64,000 nt of DNA from an uncultured Acidobacteriota bacterium (GCA_963805975.1 CAWDVR010000004.1:288001-352000); one strand, 5' to 3'. Counted from the stretch's first letter, positions 1 to 10,769 are shown. The notes: generated by a model from the sequence alone, not told the origin. Made by a program: numbers and translations.

Positions 1-1421
1 GCGTCGAGCTCGCGCAGTGCGATCTCAACGGCATCGAGAACCAGGAAGAGCTCTTCGCCCGCATCCGCGCCTGCGCCGCCGGCCGCGATCCGGACGCCTG
101 GGTGGTCGGTGGAGGCTGGGCCCTCCCCTTGTTTCCCGATGGCAACCCAGCCAAGGAGCAGCTCGACGCCCTGGTCGGAAACCGTCCGGCCTACCTCTCG
201 GCCGCGGACGGCCACTCGGCCTGGGTGAGCTCCCGGGCGCTGGCCCTGGCCGGCATCGGCCGCAAAACGCCGGACCCGGCGCAAGGCCGGATCGAGCGCA
301 GCGCGAGCGGCGAGCCCAGCGGCACGCTGCGCGAGGCTGCCTCCCACCTGATGGACGGCGTGCTGCCGAAGATCACTCCGGACGATCGGCTGGCGGGCCT
401 GCGGCGCTCGCTCGCGCTGGCCCACTCCTTCGGCATCACCTCGGCCATCGAGGCGAGCGCCAGCAGCAAGGTGCTCGAGACCTACGCCACTCTCGACCGC
501 TCCGGCGAGCTCCAGATGCGGGTGCTGGTGAGCCTCCGCGCCGACCCCGCGGTGGGAGAGGCGCAGGTGCCCGAGCTGCTGCAGCTCCGGGACAGCGCCC
601 GCGGCCTGCGGCGAGTGCGCGCCACGGCAGTCAAGATGTTCGCCGACGGGGTGATCGAGGCCCGCACGGCGGCGCTCCTAGCGCCCTACCTCGGCAAGCC
701 GGGCCCATTGGGTGCCGAGAGCCGCGGTGAGCTCAACTGGGAACCGGAAACCTTCGCCCGCATGGCGACGCGGCTCGACCGTGAGGGCTTCCAGGTCCAC
801 ATCCACGCCATCGGCGACCGCGCCATCCGCGAGTCCCTGAACGCGCTCGCCGCGGCGCAACGGGCCAACGGCACACGCGACGCGCGCCACCACGTGGCCC
901 ACATCCAGCTCTTCGACCCGGCGGACATCCCGCGGTTCCGGGAGCTCGGCGTGGCGGCCAACTTCCAGCCGCTCTGGGCCTGGGCGGACCCCTACATCGT
1001 CGACCTCACCGAGCCGGTGCTGGGGCCGGAGCGCTCGCGCTGGCTCTACCCTATCCGCAGCCTCGCGGCGAGCGGAGCCACGGTGGTGGCCGGAAGCGAC
1101 TGGAGCGTGTCGAGCTTGAACCCGTTGCAGGCGATCGAGGTGGCGCTCACCCGCCGCAACCCGGCGTCGGCCGCCGGCCCGGCTTGGAACCCGCAGGAGA
1201 CGGTGGACCTGCCCACGATGCTCGCGGCCTACACCATCGCGGGCGCCAGGCTGGCCTTCGAGGAGCGGGAGACCGGCTCGCTCGAGGTGGGCAAGGCGGC
1301 GGACCTCATCGTGCTCGACCGCGACCTCTTCGCCATCCCGCCCCACGAGATCGGCGAGGCGAAGGTGCTCCGCACCTGGATCGATGGCCGTGAGGTATTT
1401 CGTGCCGCAGGGAGCTCCTGA
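1..1421 (+). CDS. Amidohydrolase (Amidohydro_3/YtcJ-like), 5' end outside window
   Basis: Frame is open from the window edge. Motifs DGHSAWVSS, KMFADG, HIHAIGD, HVAHIQ, GSDW and GSLEVGKAADLIVLD are typical of YtcJ-like amidohydrolases. Confidence 0.9.
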   Translation, partial: VELAQCDLNGIENQEELFARIRACAAGRDPDAWVVGGGWALPLFPDGNPAKEQLDALVGNRPAYLSAADGHSAWVSSRALALAGIGRKTPDPAQGRIERSASGEPSGTLREAASHLMDGVLPKITPDDRLAGLRRSLALAHSFGITSAIEASASSKVLETYATLDRSGELQMRVLVSLRADPAVGEAQVPELLQLRDSARGLRRVRATAVKMFADGVIEARTAALLAPYLGKPGPLGAESRGELNWEPETFARMATRLDREGFQVHIHAIGDRAIRESLNALAAAQRANGTRDARHHVAHIQLFDPADIPRFRELGVAANFQPLWAWADPYIVDLTEPVLGPERSRWLYPIRSLAASGATVVAGSDWSVSSLNPLQAIEVALTRRNPASAAGPAWNPQETVDLPTMLAAYTIAGARLAFEERETGSLEVGKAADLIVLDRDLFAIPPHEIGEAKVLRTWIDGREVFRAAGSS

Positions 1422-1523
1422 CCCTAGGAGAGCCTAGCAAGACCCGCTCCGCGAGCTTGATCACCACGTCCAGGCGGTGAACCGCTTGCGTTCTGCGCAC
1501 CAGCCTCTCAGCGAAGCTCTGCC

Positions 1524-2981
1524 CTACGACGCCCCCCGCCCCGACAGCACCACGGGGATGGTCTTGAGCAGGATCTTGAAGTCGAGCGAGGGCGACCAGG
1601 AGTCGATGTACTCGAGGTCGAGCTCCATCCAGCGGTCGAAGTCGACCTCGTTGCGGCCGGAGATCTGCCACAGGCAGGTGAGACCGGGCTTCATCGACAG
1701 GCGGCGGCGCTGCCAGCGCTGGTACTTGGCCACTTCCTCGGGGATCGGCGGCCGCGGGCCGACCAGGCTCATGTCGCCGCGCACCACGTTCCAGAGCTGC
1801 GGCAGCTCGTCCAGGCTGAAGCGGCGCAGGAACCGCCCGAACGCCGTCACCCGCGGGTCCCGCCGCAGCTTGAACACCGGCCCGTTCATCTCGTTCAGGT
1901 GCAGCAGCGGCGCGCGCAGCGCCTCGGCGTCCTCCACCATGGTCCGGAACTTGTAGAGCGTGAAGAGGCGGCCGTTCAGCCCGCAGCGCCGCTGCTGGAA
2001 GAGCACGCCGCCCGGCGAGGTGAGCTTGATCAGCAGCGCCACCAAGGCGAGGAGCGGCGCGCCGGCCACCAGCATCGCGGCGGCGGCGGCGACGTCGATC
2101 ACCCGCTTGGCGAGGAGCTGCACCTGGGAGGCCGGTCCGGTGGCGAAGGTGAGGATCGGAATGCCGTCGAGCTCCTCGAGCTCCACCCGGCTCTTGGGCT
2201 CGGTGAAGAAGTTGAGCGCGAAGCGGGTGCGGATGCCCTGCTCGTGGAGGCTCCAGATCAGCTCCTCCATGCGCTCCAGCTCGCGACGGTTGACGGCGAA
2301 GATCACGTCGTCCACCACCGTCTTCTCGACGATCGCCGGCAGGTCTTCCACCTTGCCGAGCACCGGGTAGCGCCCGATGAGCTCCGGCGGCGGTGGGGTG
2401 CCGTTGGCGTCTACGAAACCGATCACCTTGAAGCCCCAGTAGCGGTGGTTCTCGATCGAGTCCACCACCTCGGCCGCGGCGTCGCCGGTGCCCACCAGGA
2501 GCACCGATCGGTAGTTGTAGCCGCTCGCCCGCACGTAGCGGGCCGTCAGGCGCACGGCGACCTTCTCGGCCAGGAGCAGCACACAGGAGAGGCCGGCGAA
2601 GAGCAGGATCCACAGCCGGCTGAAGAGGTCGTTGGGCAGCAGACGGTTGTCGAGGCGGAAGGCGTAGAGGACCAGCGCGAAGATCACCGCGCCCATCAGG
2701 CAGATGCGGAAGATGGCCCACACCTCGTCGAACATCGGTACCGTGCGGTGCGAGCGGTAGCGCCGCGTCTGGAGCAGGAGCAGGCTCCAGACGAGGAGCG
2801 CCACGGGGAGGAGCGGGAGATAGTGGTCGAGCGGGTAGAGGTGGCTGGGGAGGAGCGCCGGGAAGAAGTGCGGGAGAACCTCGCTGCGCAGCCAGTAGGC
2901 GCCGAGGAAGGCCGTGGTGACGAGGATCAGGTCGAAACAGAAGATGACGACGGCTAAAGTTCGGGCTCTCTGCTTCAGCAT
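1524..2981 (-). CDS. Polyprenyl glycosylphosphotransferase (priming sugar transferase, WcaJ/WbaP-like)
   Basis: N-terminal TM helices, central Rossmann-like region, C-terminal Bac_transf motifs KFRTM, DPRVT, SLDELPQLWNV, MSLVGPRP, KPGLT. Confidence 0.93.
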   Translation of the reverse strand: MLKQRARTLAVVIFCFDLILVTTAFLGAYWLRSEVLPHFFPALLPSHLYPLDHYLPLLPVALLVWSLLLLQTRRYRSHRTVPMFDEVWAIFRICLMGAVIFALVLYAFRLDNRLLPNDLFSRLWILLFAGLSCVLLLAEKVAVRLTARYVRASGYNYRSVLLVGTGDAAAEVVDSIENHRYWGFKVIGFVDANGTPPPPELIGRYPVLGKVEDLPAIVEKTVVDDVIFAVNRRELERMEELIWSLHEQGIRTRFALNFFTEPKSRVELEELDGIPILTFATGPASQVQLLAKRVIDVAAAAAMLVAGAPLLALVALLIKLTSPGGVLFQQRRCGLNGRLFTLYKFRTMVEDAEALRAPLLHLNEMNGPVFKLRRDPRVTAFGRFLRRFSLDELPQLWNVVRGDMSLVGPRPPIPEEVAKYQRWQRRRLSMKPGLTCLWQISGRNEVDFDRWMELDLEYIDSWSPSLDFKILLKTIPVVLSGRGAS

Positions 2982-3112
2982 CGTGGTCTCACGGCCGACG
3001 AAAGCTTGTCACAACATGGGTTGATCAAGACGGACCTGCTGATTCAACGGAGCCGGCTGCCGGGTTGTCTATGGCAACCTACCATAGGCCGCCGCAATTC
3101 TTCAAGACGCTC

Positions 3113-4237
3113 TCAACCGCTGGGGCCTAGGAGACGCCGGAAGAGCCGGGCGTAGGCGTCCGCTACCTCGTCCCAGGAGTAGAGGCGGGCCGCCCGGGCG
3201 GCGGCCGCACGCCCCCGCTCCGCGGCCTCCCCGGGGTGCGAGCGCACCCACTCGCAGGCCGCGGTCAGGGTCGAGGGGCGCGCGGCCTCGAAGTAGAGGC
3301 CCACCTCGCCGGCGACCTCCACGTTCTCCGGGGTCCGGTTGACCAGCGTGCAGCAGCCGTAGCCCATGGCCTCGACCAGCGCCGGGTGGGTGCCGCCCAC
3401 CTCGGTGGCATGGATATAAGCCAGGGCACCGGAGAGGAGCTCGCGGTAGCCGTCACCGTAGATCGGGCCGGGGAAGAGCACGCGCGAATCTGCCTTGGCC
3501 TGGAAGTCGCGGATGAAGCTCCTGGCGTAGGGCGCGCCGCCGACCATCACCAGCGGCAGCTCGCCGCCCACCTCCCGGTAGGCCTCGACCACCCGGTGCG
3601 GGTTGTTCTCGGGCTCGAAGCGGCTGACGTACAGGAAGTAGCCGCGGGACGAGAGGCCGAGGCGGGCCAGCACCTCGGTGTGGGCGGGAGGGGTGGGCTC
3701 GACCCCGTAGGCGATGGCGGTCGACTCGGCGCCGTAGCGTTCGAGGTAGTGGCGGCGGATCACCTCGGCGTCGGTCACCAGTACCTCCGGCAGCACGCAG
3801 GCCAGCCGCTCGGAGAGGGCGTAGACGCTCCTGCCGAAGGCGCCCCACTTGGCCCGGCGGTGTTCGATGCCGTCCACGTGGAGGGCGGTCGGCACCCCGG
3901 CGAGGCCCAGGAGAGGCAGGAAGAGGGCGTTGGCGGAGTTGACGACCAGGGCGGCGTCGAAGTCGCGGCGCAGGGCGTCGAGGCAGGAGAGGAAGGTGTG
4001 GACCGGCGTGTCCAGGTACTTGGTGGGGAGGGTCGGCAGCACCACCAGCTCGAGGCCGCGGTAGCTTGCGAGCGTGCGCGGCGTCGAGGGCGCGCGGCAG
4101 TAGACGGTGACCCGGAAGCCGCGCTCCACGAGGCGTACGCCCAGCTCCTCCATCAGCGTCTCGTAGCCGCCATAGCGGCCGGGCACGCCACGGCTGCCGA
4201 GCAGGGCGACGTGGGGAGACTGGGCTTGATCTCTCAT
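3113..4237 (-). CDS. GT4 glycosyltransferase (DUF1972/RgpA-like)
   Basis: GSRGVPGRYGGYET N-terminus, VDGIEHRRAKWG, SRFEPENN, EVGGTHPALVEAM. Confidence 0.9.
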   Translation of the reverse strand: MRDQAQSPHVALLGSRGVPGRYGGYETLMEELGVRLVERGFRVTVYCRAPSTPRTLASYRGLELVVLPTLPTKYLDTPVHTFLSCLDALRRDFDAALVVNSANALFLPLLGLAGVPTALHVDGIEHRRAKWGAFGRSVYALSERLACVLPEVLVTDAEVIRRHYLERYGAESTAIAYGVEPTPPAHTEVLARLGLSSRGYFLYVSRFEPENNPHRVVEAYREVGGELPLVMVGGAPYARSFIRDFQAKADSRVLFPGPIYGDGYRELLSGALAYIHATEVGGTHPALVEAMGYGCCTLVNRTPENVEVAGEVGLYFEAARPSTLTAACEWVRSHPGEAAERGRAAAARAARLYSWDEVADAYARLFRRLLGPSG

Positions 4238-4345
4238 CGAGTCCGCTCCCGGCCGGCGACTGTCGCGGGGGGATCGGCGAGCGCATCGTGGAGAGAAGCG
4301 AGTCGATCCCCCCGCGACAGTCGCCGGCCTCCCCTGGACCCATTG

Positions 4346-5350
4346 CTAGTCATCGAGCGGCAGGCCCTCGTGCCAGAACCAGCGGTCCACCTCCCGTGCC
4401 GGCCGCGTGCGCCGGGCCTGGATGAGCCGCCGCCGGGCGAGGATCTCGCGCCGGTGGCGCCACAACCAGGTGTAGGCGGCGAGCGAAGAGCGCTCGCGGA
4501 CGAGCACGTAGACCAGGGCACCCAGGTCGCGGAGCAGGGTCGGCGCCGCGGTGAGCAGCAGGTTTCTCGCCGTCTGATGGTAAACCCGGAGCAGATAGCG
4601 GTTCTTGAGCGAGTGGAAATTGATCGCTGCCGGCAGCGCCGAGCGCCGCTCGGGAAGCGTGAGGCGCCGGTGGTGGGCGGTGGCCGCCGGCTCGTAGAGC
4701 ACCTCCCAGCCGCGCTCGGCGAAGCGGAAGGCGAGCTCCGCGTCCTCGCGGAAGGAGTGGAAACGCTCGTCGAACGTTTGGCCGTCCACCGCCACGTCTG
4801 CGAGCGCCGCGCGGCGGAAGAGCGAGGCCGCGCCCGTGGCCCCGAACACCCGCTCGGCCTGAGCGTGCTGCCCGCGGTCCACCTCGCCCGAGCCGCGGTC
4901 GAGATGCCGCCAGCTCGCCGTGAGGCGCATGCCGCAGGCATCGATCCGCGGCGGCGCTCCCGGCTCGGGGAGGCGCAGCAGGCGGCCGGTCGCCGCCGCC
5001 GCCCGCGGGTGCGCCTGCAGGCACGCCACAAGCCTGCTCACGTAGCCGGCTGACGGCCGGGCGTCCGGGTTGAGCGAGAGCACGAACGGCGCCTGGCTCG
5101 CGGCGAGCGCCACGTTCATGCCGCCGGCGAAGCCGCGGTTCTCGGGCAGCGCGAGCACCTCGACCGGCAGACCCGCGGCGGCGCCCAGCCGCCGCGCCAG
5201 CCCGGCGCTGCCGTCGCCGCTCGCCGAGTCCACGACCACCGCGGAGAGCGGGCGATGGGTGAGCGCCGCCAGCGCCTCGAACCAGCCCGGCAGCTCCGCC
5301 GCCGAATGGAAGGTCACCGTCGCCACCACCACCGCCGGCCGCTCGCTCAC
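4346..5350 (-). CDS. GT2 family glycosyltransferase
   Basis: VVDSASGDGS, NRGFAGGMN, LNPDA, FREDAELAFR. GTG start overlaps the upstream stop (GTGA). Confidence 0.88.
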   Translation of the reverse strand: MSERPAVVVATVTFHSAAELPGWFEALAALTHRPLSAVVVDSASGDGSAGLARRLGAAAGLPVEVLALPENRGFAGGMNVALAASQAPFVLSLNPDARPSAGYVSRLVACLQAHPRAAAATGRLLRLPEPGAPPRIDACGMRLTASWRHLDRGSGEVDRGQHAQAERVFGATGAASLFRRAALADVAVDGQTFDERFHSFREDAELAFRFAERGWEVLYEPAATAHHRRLTLPERRSALPAAINFHSLKNRYLLRVYHQTARNLLLTAAPTLLRDLGALVYVLVRERSSLAAYTWLWRHRREILARRRLIQARRTRPAREVDRWFWHEGLPLDD

Positions 5351-6291
5351 CGTGTGTCCCCTGCCGGAGCGACGAAGCGCGCCGCGTAAGCCCGTGGCAG
5401 CCTCCAGCCCGAGAGCACCCCGGCGGCGACGGCGAGGAGGCCGGCCGCCGCCTCGCACCGCGACCCTGCCCGCCGCGGCCGGCGCAGAGGCAAGGCAAGC
5501 AGGCGGAGCAGCGCCCCGAGCGCCAGCGCTCCACGCATCGCGAGCGCCGCCGTCCGGCCATGGTGCCGGGCCGTGAAGCGCAGGAGATTGCGGTCGTAGA
5601 CCCAGAGGAAGAGGCCATATCCCAGCCGCGGCACGCTCGCCCCGAGCTGGTGGCGGAAGACGGCGGCCGGCCAGTAGCTGAGCGTGAGGCCGTGCTCGCG
5701 AAGACGGCTCGCGAGGTCCACGTCCTCGAACCAGGCGGGGTGGAAGCGCTCGTCCAGGCCCCCGACGGCCTCCCATGCCGAGCGGCGGAGGAGGAGCGCC
5801 GCCGCCGCCGGCTGCTCGATCGGGGCGCCCGCGGCCGGCTCCGCCTTCGGCCCGAGGCGCGGCGCGAGAAAGACCGCCTGTGCGAGGAGGTTCCCGAGCC
5901 GTGGCAGGCGGCGGAGCTGCCAGGCGAACTGCGGCCGGCCGTCGTGGCCCACGAGCCGCGGTGCCAGGCCCGCCACCTCCGGGTGCGCCGCGAGGCCGGC
6001 CAGCAAGTGCTCCAGCGCGCCCGGCTCCGGCCGTGCGTCCGGGTTGAGCAGCAGCACCGCGGGCGCCGTCGCCATCTGGAACCCGAGGTTGGCGCCGCCG
6101 GCGAAGCCCAGGTTCACGGCCGGGGAGAGGAGCGCGTACGGGCCCGCCGGCAGCGGGCGGGCGCTGCCGTTGTCCACCACGATCAGCTCGAAGCGGGGAT
6201 CTCGGGGCCAGGCGGCGACGAGCTCGGCCAGCGCCTCCTCGTTCTGCCAGTGGACGACGATGCCCGAGAGCAGGGCGCCCGGCGCGCTCAT
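5347..6291 (-). CDS. GT2 family glycosyltransferase
   Basis: IVVDNGS, NLGFAGGAN, LLNPDA, WFEDVDL. ATGA overlap with the upstream gene. Confidence 0.88.
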   Translation of the reverse strand: MSAPGALLSGIVVHWQNEEALAELVAAWPRDPRFELIVVDNGSARPLPAGPYALLSPAVNLGFAGGANLGFQMATAPAVLLLNPDARPEPGALEHLLAGLAAHPEVAGLAPRLVGHDGRPQFAWQLRRLPRLGNLLAQAVFLAPRLGPKAEPAAGAPIEQPAAAALLLRRSAWEAVGGLDERFHPAWFEDVDLASRLREHGLTLSYWPAAVFRHQLGASVPRLGYGLFLWVYDRNLLRFTARHHGRTAALAMRGALALGALLRLLALPLRRPRRAGSRCEAAAGLLAVAAGVLSGWRLPRAYAARFVAPAGDTR

Positions 6292-7247
6292 CGCCGGCCT
6301 CGCGGTGCCTCTAGGCTGCGGAAGCGGCGCAGCTCGGCGAGCGGCACCGCCGGCTTGCCGAGGCCGGCGAAGCGCGGCAGGCGGACGAGCGCACGGGCCA
6401 GGCCGGCGGCGATGCCCGCCGCTTCCCCGGGCCGCCCGCGGAGGAGGGCCGAGGCCAGGCCGCGGAGGTCCGAGAGCAGCACGAGCGGCAGGCGCGGCCA
6501 GAAGCCGCGGCCGAGGAGGCGCGCCAGCACCAGCCAGCGGTTGCCGTAGATCAAGGCGGTGAGCCGCCGGCCCAGGGTGTGGCCGGTCACCGAGCCGGCG
6601 TGCCGCGCCCGCGCCGCGGGCACCGAGAGCGCCCGGTAGCCGGCGGCGCGGAGCCGCACGGCGAGATCCACGTCCTCGTAGTAGGACTCGAGGCCTGGGT
6701 CGAAGATCGCGGCGCCCGGCAGTGCGACGGCCTCGAGCGCGGCGCGGCGGAACACGGCCGCCGTGGCCGAGACCCCGAACACTTCCCGCGGCGGTGCCGA
6801 GGCCGCCGGCGGCGGCTCGTCCCGGCCGAGCTGCACGGCCTGCCAGCTTCGGTTCCAGCCGATTCCCCAGCCGTCGGCGAGGTGGGGCTCGCGGAGCTTG
6901 ACGTTGACGCCCTGCACCGCGGCGATCGTGGCGTCCGCGCGCAGGACGTCGACCAGGGCCGTGCACCAGCCCGGTTCGATCACCGCGTCGTCGTTGACCA
7001 GGGCCACGAAGTCTCCTCGCAGGCGCGCGATCCCCAGATTGGCGGCGGCGGCGAAGCCCAGGCTCTCCGGCAGGCGCAGCACCTCGTCACACAACCGGGC
7101 CGTGGCCTCGGGAAGAGCGGCGCCGCCCTGCTGCACGAGGATGAGCCCCAGCTCGCGGCCGCCGTCTTCCCGCAGCGCCGCGAGGCATTCCCCGAGCCAG
7201 GGGCTGGCGCCCGCGGTGGGAACGACCGCCGTCAGCAGCCTGCTCAT
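6288..7247 (-). CDS. GT2 family glycosyltransferase
   Basis: LGFAAAAN, LVNDDA, YYEDVDL. ATGA overlap with the upstream gene. Confidence 0.88.
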   Translation of the reverse strand: MSRLLTAVVPTAGASPWLGECLAALREDGGRELGLILVQQGGAALPEATARLCDEVLRLPESLGFAAAANLGIARLRGDFVALVNDDAVIEPGWCTALVDVLRADATIAAVQGVNVKLREPHLADGWGIGWNRSWQAVQLGRDEPPPAASAPPREVFGVSATAAVFRRAALEAVALPGAAIFDPGLESYYEDVDLAVRLRAAGYRALSVPAARARHAGSVTGHTLGRRLTALIYGNRWLVLARLLGRGFWPRLPLVLLSDLRGLASALLRGRPGEAAGIAAGLARALVRLPRFAGLGKPAVPLAELRRFRSLEAPRGRR

Positions 7248-9472
7248 CTCCAGACGATCTCTACGCGGTCGAGCACCGCCCCGTTGGCCTGCGCGGGCGC
7301 CGTCCCGTCCGGGAGGGCCTCGATGGTGAGCGCCGCTCCCGCGGGCCAGTCCACCTCGCCGAGCTCGTGGTGCATCCACTGCCGGGGCCGCGCGAGGCGA
7401 AGCGTCGCGAGCTCCTGCCCGCCGGCGCGCACCCGTACCAGCAGGGGCCCGGGATGATGGCGGACGAAGAAGGCATCGAGCGCCAGGCGGGCCCGTTTCC
7501 CTCCCGCCACCACCGGCGCCGACAGGCTCTCACCTTCGCGCAGCACCCAGCCGCCGCGGTAGCGGGTGCGCTCGATGATCCAGCGGTCGGGGTGGAGGTG
7601 GCCGCCGGTCTTCGCGACCTGCGGGTCTTCGATCTCGATCCACCTCGTGGGGAGCGCCCGTGCCGCGAGGGGCAGCGCGGCCACGGCGAGGAGCACGGCG
7701 GCGAGGCCCCAGGCCGCCGCTTTGCGCGGCCTCCGGCGTGGGAACCACCAGAGGAACGGCACCAGCACCACTGCCACGGCCGGCCAGGCCCAGGTCGCGG
7801 TGCGGGACCGCACCGAGCTGGGGAAGAGCCGCGCGACGTCGGCGCCCCAGCGCTGGCTCAGGTGATCGAGCAGGTAGGTGCGCCCGTCGGCGAAGTTGTA
7901 GGTCCAGCCGGGCTCGGCCACCCAGAGCAGGGACAGCACCAGGGTTGCGGCACCCAGCGCGGCAAGGAGCGCCCTGGCCCCGGCCGCGCGGCGGCGAGCG
8001 AGGAGCGGCACCAGCGCCAAGCCGAGGAGCGGCAGCCCCACCAGCGCGTAGCGAAAGGGCGGCGACCAGCCGCCGTACCACTCGGAGCGCGGCGCCACGA
8101 TGGCGAGGTAGGGCAGCACGAAGAGCAGGAGGTCGAGCGGCAGCGGGTGCCGCCGCCAGACGAGGAGACCCGCGGCCGGCAGCAGGAGGAGCCAGAGCGG
8201 CGCCGCGGCGAAGAGGCCGAAGGCGGCATCGAAGAAGATGCCCGAGGCGCCGAGCAGGTACTCGGCCACGGAGTAGCGGCCGAGCTCCACCTCCTGCCAG
8301 GTGTGGATCTTGAGCGGGTTGTCGTAGAGCAACTGGTTGTGGAGCAGGATGCCACCGCCCACCGCGGCGAGAACCAGGCCGATCGCCAGCACGGGTTTCC
8401 ATCGCCGCCCCGCGTGCCACCAGCCGAGCACCAGGAGCGGCGCCGCGAGCAGCATGAAGCGGATCTTGAGGAGCGGCAGCAGCACCACGCAGGCGCCCAG
8501 CGTGAGCCAGCGCGCCCGCTCGCTCCGGGCGCCCGCCGGCATCCGGGCGCGGCGGCCTTCCAGCACCGCGTCGAGGGCGATCATCGACAGCAGCGCCGCC
8601 GGCACCTCGACCCAGATCTGGTAGGAGTAGAGGAGGAGCGGCGGCGCGAAGGCCACCAGCGCGTAGGCGAGCATCACCTCGCCGGGCCGTTCGGGCGCGT
8701 AATGCCGGCCGAGGCGGAGCGTCATCCAGGCGAGCGCCGCCGTGAGCAGCGCCATGGTGAGGAGCGCGCCGGCGAGACCGCCCACCCGGTAGGCCGGCGC
8801 CAAGACCAGCGGCAGGAGCGCGTTGTGGCGCGAGTAGAGCTCGCCGCCGGGCCCCGTGGGATCGCCCGGCTGGGGTGTCAGCGGCCGGGCGAGGAACGCG
8901 CGCCAGTCCTCCCCGGCATAGTTGTTGGTGAGGTCGGCGTCGAGGTCGTGGGCCAGGCTGTGGGTGATGAGCAGGTACCAGGGCTCGTCGCCGTCCGGCG
9001 GGCGTTCGCGCGAGGACCACGGCGCTAGGGCCAGGTACACGACGAAGGGCAGCGCCAGGAAGAGCCAGGACGGCCGTGCCGGCAGGCGCCGGCCGAGAAG
9101 CGGCCGGAGCGCGGGCAGGAGCGCCACCACCCAACCGGCGAGCAGCGCACCGAAAGCGGCCATCAGCACCGGGTCGAGGCCGGCGAGCGCGAGCTGCGGC
9201 CGTGCCGCCACGGCCAGGGCCCAGAGCCCGATGCCCAGGGCGGAAAACGTCCGGAGCGGTGCCGTCCGCCGGCCGCCGCGCTTCTCTCCGACAAGGACGC
9301 GGGCAGCGCGCTCGATCTCGAAGAGGGCCACCACCACCAGCGGCAGCACCGCCAGGGTGCCGGCGAGAGGGTCGCTCCGCTCGAGCGGCCCGAGCCGCCA
9401 CAGCCCCCAGCCTGCGAGGGCAGCGCCGCCGAGCCGCAAGGCCGGCGCGACCCTACGAAGAAGCTCGCTCAA
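7244..9472 (-). CDS. Polytopic membrane protein, probable GT-C fold glycosyltransferase
   Basis: Many TM segments, a DGDEPWY acidic motif in an early extracytoplasmic loop, and a soluble C-terminal domain. TTG start inferred from the TTGA overlap. Confidence 0.65.
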   Translation of the reverse strand: MSELLRRVAPALRLGGAALAGWGLWRLGPLERSDPLAGTLAVLPLVVVALFEIERAARVLVGEKRGGRRTAPLRTFSALGIGLWALAVAARPQLALAGLDPVLMAAFGALLAGWVVALLPALRPLLGRRLPARPSWLFLALPFVVYLALAPWSSRERPPDGDEPWYLLITHSLAHDLDADLTNNYAGEDWRAFLARPLTPQPGDPTGPGGELYSRHNALLPLVLAPAYRVGGLAGALLTMALLTAALAWMTLRLGRHYAPERPGEVMLAYALVAFAPPLLLYSYQIWVEVPAALLSMIALDAVLEGRRARMPAGARSERARWLTLGACVVLLPLLKIRFMLLAAPLLVLGWWHAGRRWKPVLAIGLVLAAVGGGILLHNQLLYDNPLKIHTWQEVELGRYSVAEYLLGASGIFFDAAFGLFAAAPLWLLLLPAAGLLVWRRHPLPLDLLLFVLPYLAIVAPRSEWYGGWSPPFRYALVGLPLLGLALVPLLARRRAAGARALLAALGAATLVLSLLWVAEPGWTYNFADGRTYLLDHLSQRWGADVARLFPSSVRSRTATWAWPAVAVVLVPFLWWFPRRRPRKAAAWGLAAVLLAVAALPLAARALPTRWIEIEDPQVAKTGGHLHPDRWIIERTRYRGGWVLREGESLSAPVVAGGKRARLALDAFFVRHHPGPLLVRVRAGGQELATLRLARPRQWMHHELGEVDWPAGAALTIEALPDGTAPAQANGAVLDRVEIVWR

Positions 9473-10731
9473 GGCCGGAGCTCCGCGCGCTGGAAGACGA
9501 TCGTCGTCGCTGGCGGCAGGTCGGGGTCGCGCACCACCTCGAGCTGAACCGCCTTCACCGGGCGGTCCAGCCGCCAGCGCGCGCGGTAGGTCTGGGCGAA
9601 GAAGCGGCCGGAAGGGTCGAGCTGCGAGCGCCAGGGGTTCGGGGCGGCAAAGCCGGCCGTGGCCGCCACGTCCGGGCGCAGGGCGGCCCACTCGCCGGAG
9701 TGGCGGCCCGCCTCGAGCGCGAAGCCGTGCCGGCCTCCGGCGTCGTCCACGATCTCGAAGCGGGCGAGCTGCGTGCCGGCAGAGAGCGCCACGGCGTGCG
9801 CGAGCTGGGTGTCGAGCACCAGCTCCGAGACGGGCGTCGGCGCGAGCAGCACGCGCCGGTCGGGGTGCGTGGCGTCGAGCGTCACGGGCTCGCGCTCGAC
9901 CAGCAGCACGCCCGACCGCGAGAGGACGGCCAGGCCGAACGCGTCGGCGAGCGGCTCGCGCCGTAGCCACGGTGGCGAAGCGAGGAGCGCCGTGGCGGTG
10001 AAGAGGGCACCCAGGAAGGTCCCGACGACTGTGCCCAGGCGACGCCAGCCCAGGCTCGCGCTACGGCCGAAAGTCCACGGGCGAACGCGCACGGCGATCT
10101 CGTTCAAGACCGCGAGCCCCAAGAGGAGCAGCGCCGCAGTGCGGTTGAACCCCGGCGCGAAGAGGGCGACGACGGCCGCTACCACGACCGCCGTACGGGC
10201 ACCCCAGCGTGCGGCGAGGAGCGCCGCCGCGAGCCCGGCGAGGAGGGCGCCGATCCAGAACGCCGCCAGGGCACGCGGGTCGCCCGCCGCCTCGACCAGC
10301 AGCCGGCCGCGGAGCAGCACCTGGGCACCCAGCGCGAGCGGCACGAAGATCGTCGCCTGGTCGAGCGCGCGGTGGTGCCAGGCGGCAGCGGCGCGCGCCT
10401 GCGCCGTGGCCCTCCACGACGCCGCGGCGAAAGCCGCCACCAGGACTACCATCACCACCGCGGCGCGCGTCGGTCCTCCGGGAAGAGCCCAGAGGGCGAG
10501 CACGGCGAGCGGCGCACCGGCGCCGATCTCGAGCGCCGGCCGCGGGGCTGCCCAGGCCACCACTGCGAGCACCAGGGCGGCGAGCAGGCCCAGGTAGAGC
10601 GTCTCGGCACGGAAGGTGGGGTCCACCTCGGCGGCGGCGAACTGCCGGGCCGAGAGCCAGACCGCGAGCGCCACGACAAGGCCGGGCAGGCGGCCCTGGA
10701 GGTCTCGGCCGAAAGCGGTGGGGAGGCGCAT
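9469..10731 (-). CDS. Hypothetical membrane protein with C-terminal soluble domain
   Basis: Hydrophobic N-terminal two-thirds. First gene of a translationally coupled run. TATCAT -10 lies 9 nt upstream of the ATG. Confidence 0.7.
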   Translation of the reverse strand: MRLPTAFGRDLQGRLPGLVVALAVWLSARQFAAAEVDPTFRAETLYLGLLAALVLAVVAWAAPRPALEIGAGAPLAVLALWALPGGPTRAAVVMVVLVAAFAAASWRATAQARAAAAWHHRALDQATIFVPLALGAQVLLRGRLLVEAAGDPRALAAFWIGALLAGLAAALLAARWGARTAVVVAAVVALFAPGFNRTAALLLLGLAVLNEIAVRVRPWTFGRSASLGWRRLGTVVGTFLGALFTATALLASPPWLRREPLADAFGLAVLSRSGVLLVEREPVTLDATHPDRRVLLAPTPVSELVLDTQLAHAVALSAGTQLARFEIVDDAGGRHGFALEAGRHSGEWAALRPDVAATAGFAAPNPWRSQLDPSGRFFAQTYRARWRLDRPVKAVQLEVVRDPDLPPATTIVFQRAELRP

Positions 10732-10769
10732 CCGGCCGGGATGATACCCCGCGGGTTTGAGCTACCGGC

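Noticed and set aside
1422-1523. Possible IS-end remnant (CTAGGAGAGCCTAG) between convergent genes
   Set aside because: It is short, has no second copy and no transposase is present.
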